Shown here piece after piece: positions 58,837 to 64,000 of a stretch of DNA of 64,000 bases (position 1 is the first letter of the stretch; every line of letters starts with the position of its first letter). Both the position numbers and the translations under genes were made by a program. The stretch is taken from the NCBI GenBank assembly GCA_973895155.1, contig OZ316891.1, forward strand, positions 4,869,708 through 4,933,707, written 5' to 3'. The stretch is from Marsupella aquatica. Its lineage: Eukaryota > Plantae > Marchantiophyta. Below the pieces are notes generated by a model. It saw only the letters and a program-made list of their open reading frames with translations. It ran no database searches and was not told where the DNA came from.

Positions 58837-60629
58837 GAAACCTGCCTGGACTGTTCTAACACTCAAATAGCACCTTTTTGTAGTACAAATAATCACAATG
58901 TTGGGTGTCAAAAAGTGTTTGTCCATGGGGTCTCAAGGCCAAATGTTGTGATCCATCTAAGAATCATCTTCCAGTGTTTTATTGATTTACGTAATAAGCA
59001 ATGCCTTTCAAGATAGAAGCACTTCAGTGCATGAAAATTGGATAGATATATAGTTGGAACCTACTTTATATACTTAAACTCAAGTTAGCAATTAATAGGG
59101 GAGGAGTTATCTGATGGTAACTTGCAGTTATTCAAGGATTCTAAGTCAACTTTGTGTAACTGAGGTTCAACATAATCTATGTACGAGGGTAATGTGCATG
59201 TTGTTGCCCCATCGTCATAAGCACGCACGAGGAGATAGAGTGTGCAAAATAAGTCACTCCTTGTCATTCCATAACTACAGTATTATTTCAATAATGGAAA
59301 TTGAAGCCCCATTTACCTCCACATTTGCCAGAACTCTCAGATAGACTTTGGCAACCAGGATGTACTGCAGCAAACCCTCTTTTCAATTAGTATGGTACAT
59401 GTTTCACCATGAGTTACATGTGACTATTTCAGCTCAAATTCAGCTTTTGTGCATCGATAAGCCAAGAACAGTTCTGAAATTCTGGAGTAGATGCACAACC
59501 ATCACGATGGCAATAAGGGCACAACATGTACCTGGCAGTGAAGTTTGTGGTAGTGCTCAATTGCTAGCACAGCTTTGGTATGCGCAGACAAGGCTGCTCC
59601 TGGCATTGCAGAACAGGCATAGGTCACTAAGGAGACTGCCAAGGCACAGGGTGGGCTCCTTGGTCCTCCTGGGGTTTTCCACTTGTGTTCTACTCTTGAT
59701 TGGACCCTCTCAACTCTCTCAGTTACAGTTCCAATCAAGGTCACACAAGTTTTCCTGGAAGTAAAGTGGCAGACTTGCAAATGATCCTTCAGGTTTGAGA
59801 AACACTATTGGGTCTCCTGCCTTTTGGTACGGCATTGTGCATTGTGGGGCTCGTTATTTGTTGGCAATATGATATACACTTTCTTATAACCTAGTTGTTA
59901 GTAGGGCAAGTATTCAACACAAACAATAAAAAACTAGTTCTCCGATAATGGTGTCGGCCGTCCAATTGTTTTGCAGGAGGAAAAACTTTATTAAAAATAG
60001 ATTATAGTGTTGCTCCAAATGGTAATAGAAAGCTTTTAAACAGCCACTAACCATATAAAAGGGGGAAGTGTCCAAAAGTTTCTCTTTTTGGCTTTCCTCT
60101 CATTCTTCTCCTCTCCCCTTCCATATTACTTTACAAACTCATGAAAGTATACTATTTATGGTAAAACCTGGTAACCATTTTTACGGACCCCCATGAGAGG
60201 TCCCTGGCAAATTCCCTGCCACAAGGTTGCGTCACATCAGCACTGTCAGCCACAAATAGGACAGATCTTATTTGTGACAGTACCAAAAGCACACATTCAT
60301 GTTTGTGGCAAAAGTAACGTAATTTTTAGTGCACCATGCCATAAGTATTAAGCGTAAAAAAATTCAGAATATAAAGGAAGAGATGTCATTTAGTAAAATA
60401 AAGTTATCATTCTGATATTTGTCAATGATATATCAGTGTTTTACATCAAAATGCTTGTATGTTTTAATTGTTTGCAAGTTTGAAAAAATAACCAATCAAT
60501 AGAAATGTATATAGTTAGAACCCCTTTGGCTCCACATTGTAAAACTAAATAATCAATCTCCTTAGTACTTGATGAAATCTATCAATGTCTGATTCATTGG
60601 AAAGATCTTGATTATGTCGTCATCGCTTG

Positions 60630-60885
60630 TCCGCAAGCCGATACAATCGTCTAGGGCCATCTCTTCTTAGCAAACCCCGATCTCCCGAGGACATATTTGC
60701 TCGACACACCATTGAACCCTTCCAATCAAGACACCTTCTTCTACATTCCAGACCCCAATCTACAGATTATCCGTTCTTAGCAGAGTCTCATTCCGACTTC
60801 GCCAAATCATGTTAGCACCGAAGTGAATCTCAACGCAGCTCAGATGTCTACTCGTCCACGTAGAAGATTGTAAATCCCCGACTTG
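60630..60885 (+). pseudogene. OPR: Inverted degenerate fragment of an OPR copy-1-like 3' end plus 3' UTR
   Basis: gcaaaccccgatctcccgagg, ttgaaccct, acagattatcc.ttcttag, gagtctcattccgacttcgccaaatcat ([16 protein letters not shown]) match the end of copy 1 on the opposite strand. Confidence 0.85.
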
Positions 60886-61980
60886 ACGTGTAACATCTAC
60901 AATTTCTGACTGAATTTGCTCGATTCTGCCTGTGCACGAAGTCCCCAGAGGAACGGTTTCATGCGTGCCAATTCTATCGTCCTTGGTCGTGTTGCTTTTC
61001 TTCATTGCAGTGTTTTGCTACTTATCACATAGACGAGCTTCAGCACGTTAGTGCAACGACTCACCAACATGTAAGAAATGGTCCACCATGAAGATTTGTG
61101 GTAGGGTCAAATGAGCTTTTAATCTTCAAAAAGAGCATTTAAGGGCTGATTTTGGATGGATGGTGGCTTCCCAACTTTGGACCCCATCCCAAAACAAATG
61201 GCAACGAGGTTCCATTTTCACTGGCCCCTATCCCTCAATAAATGGCAACCAGCCTCGGTTTTGGCAACCCTGGCCACTATTCCCATTTATGTCAAAGATT
61301 ACACATGTTAGAAGATTCTTGACTTGCTTGAGATTTTGAGTCTATGTACAACAACATATCACTCTGGAGAGGATAGGCTTTGAAGAGGATAGAAATGATG
61401 GTGACTAAATTCAATATGGGGAGTGGAGAACTATTTTTTAATTGTTTTTGTAATTTATATCTTTTAAAACCTTAATATCCTCGCCTCTTTTTCTTTTTCC
61501 TTTTTTTTCACTTTTTGTTTGTTTTGTCTTTTTCTCTTGTTTTGTCTTTTTCTCATTATTAGATTGTGCACTATTTTCTTGATTATGTAATATTCCTCTC
61601 ATGATGTCAGATGGACAGCATTTCTTTTGCATGGATGATATGGCATGAGACATAATATGGTATGGATGGTAGAGGGAGGAGCATAGGGTAGCATGGACCG
61701 TAAAGGGGAAGACTTTGTAATTTTCTTGCTTGAAAAAGCGTGTTCACACAAAATATAACTATTTTCTTCTTATTCCTTTCTCTTTTTCCAGTTCCCCTTT
61801 TCTTTCACTTAAAAAACCTCTCCAAATTTGAATGACAACCACTTCAAAAAGTGGCACAACCCTTTATTATATGAGTTCATTCATGTAAAAATTCTCATCA
61901 ACTGTTTCATCAACTCTTACCCATGTATAAAATCTTATCCACTCTCATGATAATATATCAATGTATATTGTCTCACCAAT

Positions 61981-62185
61981 CAACTCTCCATCAAACACAT
62001 TCAATCATGTAGAATGTCTCATCAACTCTTAGTGAAATGCATGTATAAAATCTCATCATTCAACTGTCCATCAAACACATTCAATCATGTAGAATGTCTC
62101 TTCAACTCTTAGTGAAATGCATGTATAAAATCTCATCATTCAACTCTCCATCAAACACATTCATGTAGAATGTTTCATCAACTGT
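61981..62185. repeat. 80-bp tandem repeat x2.5
   Basis: caact.tccatcaaacacattcaatcatgtagaatgtctc.tcaactcttagtgaaatgcatgtataaaatctcatcatt at 61981, 62061 and 62141 (partial). Confidence 0.9.
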
Positions 62186-64000
62186 CTCATCTCTCAATGA
62201 AACATAAGTGCATCACTTCATTGCCTAAAAAGTAAAGGTGGCTTTACAATAAGTGGGGGCCGATTGATTCTTTTATTAGCTTTGAGACTAATTAGATATG
62301 GACCTAATAATGAGTACCAAAGGCTGCATTGGGCTTTACGAGAACTAAGGGCCAATAAAAAGTGGTGTCTGCCAATCCTACACGGCAACGAATAGGCTCA
62401 TGTAAAGTGGGTCTGTCAGGTCAAAAACTATTATAGGTATTGAATGATCCCAAATGGCACTACAGTCACTGTGTGTTTAGGAGGCAAAAATTTGCTTACC
62501 TTCCACCTCTCTGAAAGTATATATCACTGATAGGGAACAAAAACTGTCAAACCCAGAAGCCAGGATCCCCAAAATTGAAATTTAGCCAATTTCCTATCTA
62601 GCCACAAACCCCATTAACCAAATCTCGGGAGTTTGACAGTCATAAGATAAATTAAACTAATAAAATTACATAATGAATATTCTTCATATCTTTTCCTTCA
62701 CACAAAGGACATCAAATTAATCTACTAAAACTGGATAAAAATTACTAGTGCAATAGTATATTTTCTCCTCCACACAACGTGCACTCGCCTCCCTGGCAAA
62801 AAGGAAAAAAAACATTGCAATTTAGCTGACTTTCTCTCCCGTCAAGTTTTTTGTTCTCTCCGTCTTCCAGAAGCGGAAACTCGGTTTTTGTCCTCCAATA
62901 GACAGTTTCTGTCTACCCACAAACTCCACTACTGTAGCTAAAACAACGCTTATCCTTAATTCTAGTGAGACTTGATGGTCATAAATTAACAACTAGGAAA
63001 GAAATCTTCTTGACATCCTCTCCTGCACACAAAGTACAGCACATTCATTTACTAAAGTTGGATACAAATATTACTACTGTATTGCAAGTGATTTTTCCCT
63101 TTACATTTTTCTGTACAGTCCTGGAGGAGAATGCGCGGTCAATATTTGGAGCATCTCTTCCAAAAGATTATACTCTACTTCTACTGAAATTTGTAGAAAT
63201 CAAAATCTCTCAGGCCGGTTAAGTGTATTAAAATCATGTTTTTTGGAGCGTTACATCACACAATGCGGTGTAAACAGTACATCACTATATTCACAAAGTT
63301 CGTTCGCCTCCCTGGCCAAAAAAATCAAAATTTAAATGAAGCTGTCTCTCCCCATCAAGTGTTTTGTTCACTGGGTCTTCCGCACTCAAAGTCTAGTAAA
63401 ATTGGTTGTCCGAGAGTCAGGCAGCCAGGATGGGGCCGGTCCGAAGTTCATTCTGACCAGGGTTAATAAATAATAAATGGCTGCCCCTCCGAAAGTCCGA
63501 AACCCTCAAATCCTCGCAACACAAGGAAAAAACAAACAAATTCTGGTTGTACAGTGCGGTTAGTCAGCTGTACTGCTGTACAGTATGGTCTTCAGTTAAT
63601 GCAGAATACTTTTTGGCGAGCTCTACTCCACCGTAGATTCAATTATGGCGGATGGCCTAGATGCTACACCAATTTCTCCCAATATGTCTGTTTACCATTC
63701 CATTTTCCGAGGTAAGTTTATGTTAGGATAAGGTGACTCCCACGGAGTGGACTAGACTATATTCTTAGTGATAGTTTTTTGTTTTGTATTGTTTTGAAAT
63801 TCTTAGTGATAGTGATTAGTAGTTCTCTTCTGTTGAGGTGTTCTTTTAGGCTAGCATAGTTTGGTTCTCATTAAAGAGCCACTAGCCATTATAAAAACAT
63901 GGTTCCACCATTTTAGTATTTTTTCCTGAAATTGAGGAGCAAAACCTCACTGTAGAGGAGAAATGTGAAAAAGGGAGAAATTTTGGACACTCCTCCTTTA

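Noticed and set aside
59050-59900. Possible decayed coding sequence on the minus strand
   Set aside because: Many stops and no confidently recognisable motif.
62500-64000. Possible promoter and first exon (ATG 63645, donor about 63712) of a gene or transposon leaving the window
   Set aside because: Too short to support without downstream sequence.

Overview
Eukaryotic, intron-containing land-plant DNA; a non-seed plant such as a bryophyte is plausible, but the species cannot be identified from sequence alone. Host genes: an intronless DUF676 alpha/beta-hydrolase (3397-4683) and three minus-strand, five-exon 12-oxophytodienoate reductase / Old Yellow Enzyme (OPR) genes (12121-15828, 44404-47025, 54052-57471), plus two degenerate OPR 3' fragments. 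Nested transposons separate the OPR genes. (i) A 17.5-kb Mutator-like element (MULE; 17822-35304; 115-bp TIRs, 10-bp TSD GTGAAAATCA) carries a decayed transposase, an RNase-H1-hybrid-binding-domain ORF and a convergent multi-exon zinc-finger gene; its introns and spacers hold dozens of copies of one 24-bp spaced palindrome (GAAGACA-N10-TGTCTTC). (ii) Two copies and a remnant of a CRE-like non-LTR retrotransposon with a restriction-like endonuclease. (iii) Two about 4.73-kb TG...CA insertions with perfect 5-bp TSDs, no internal LTR pair, no gag/pol and no visible DNA similarity to each other, each encoding one large coiled-coil protein. The best candidates for undescribed systems are the MULE motif/accessory-gene module (VANDAL/VANC-like logic) and the apparent protein-coding giant solo LTRs. 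Exon boundaries, alignments and motif counts were read by eye.
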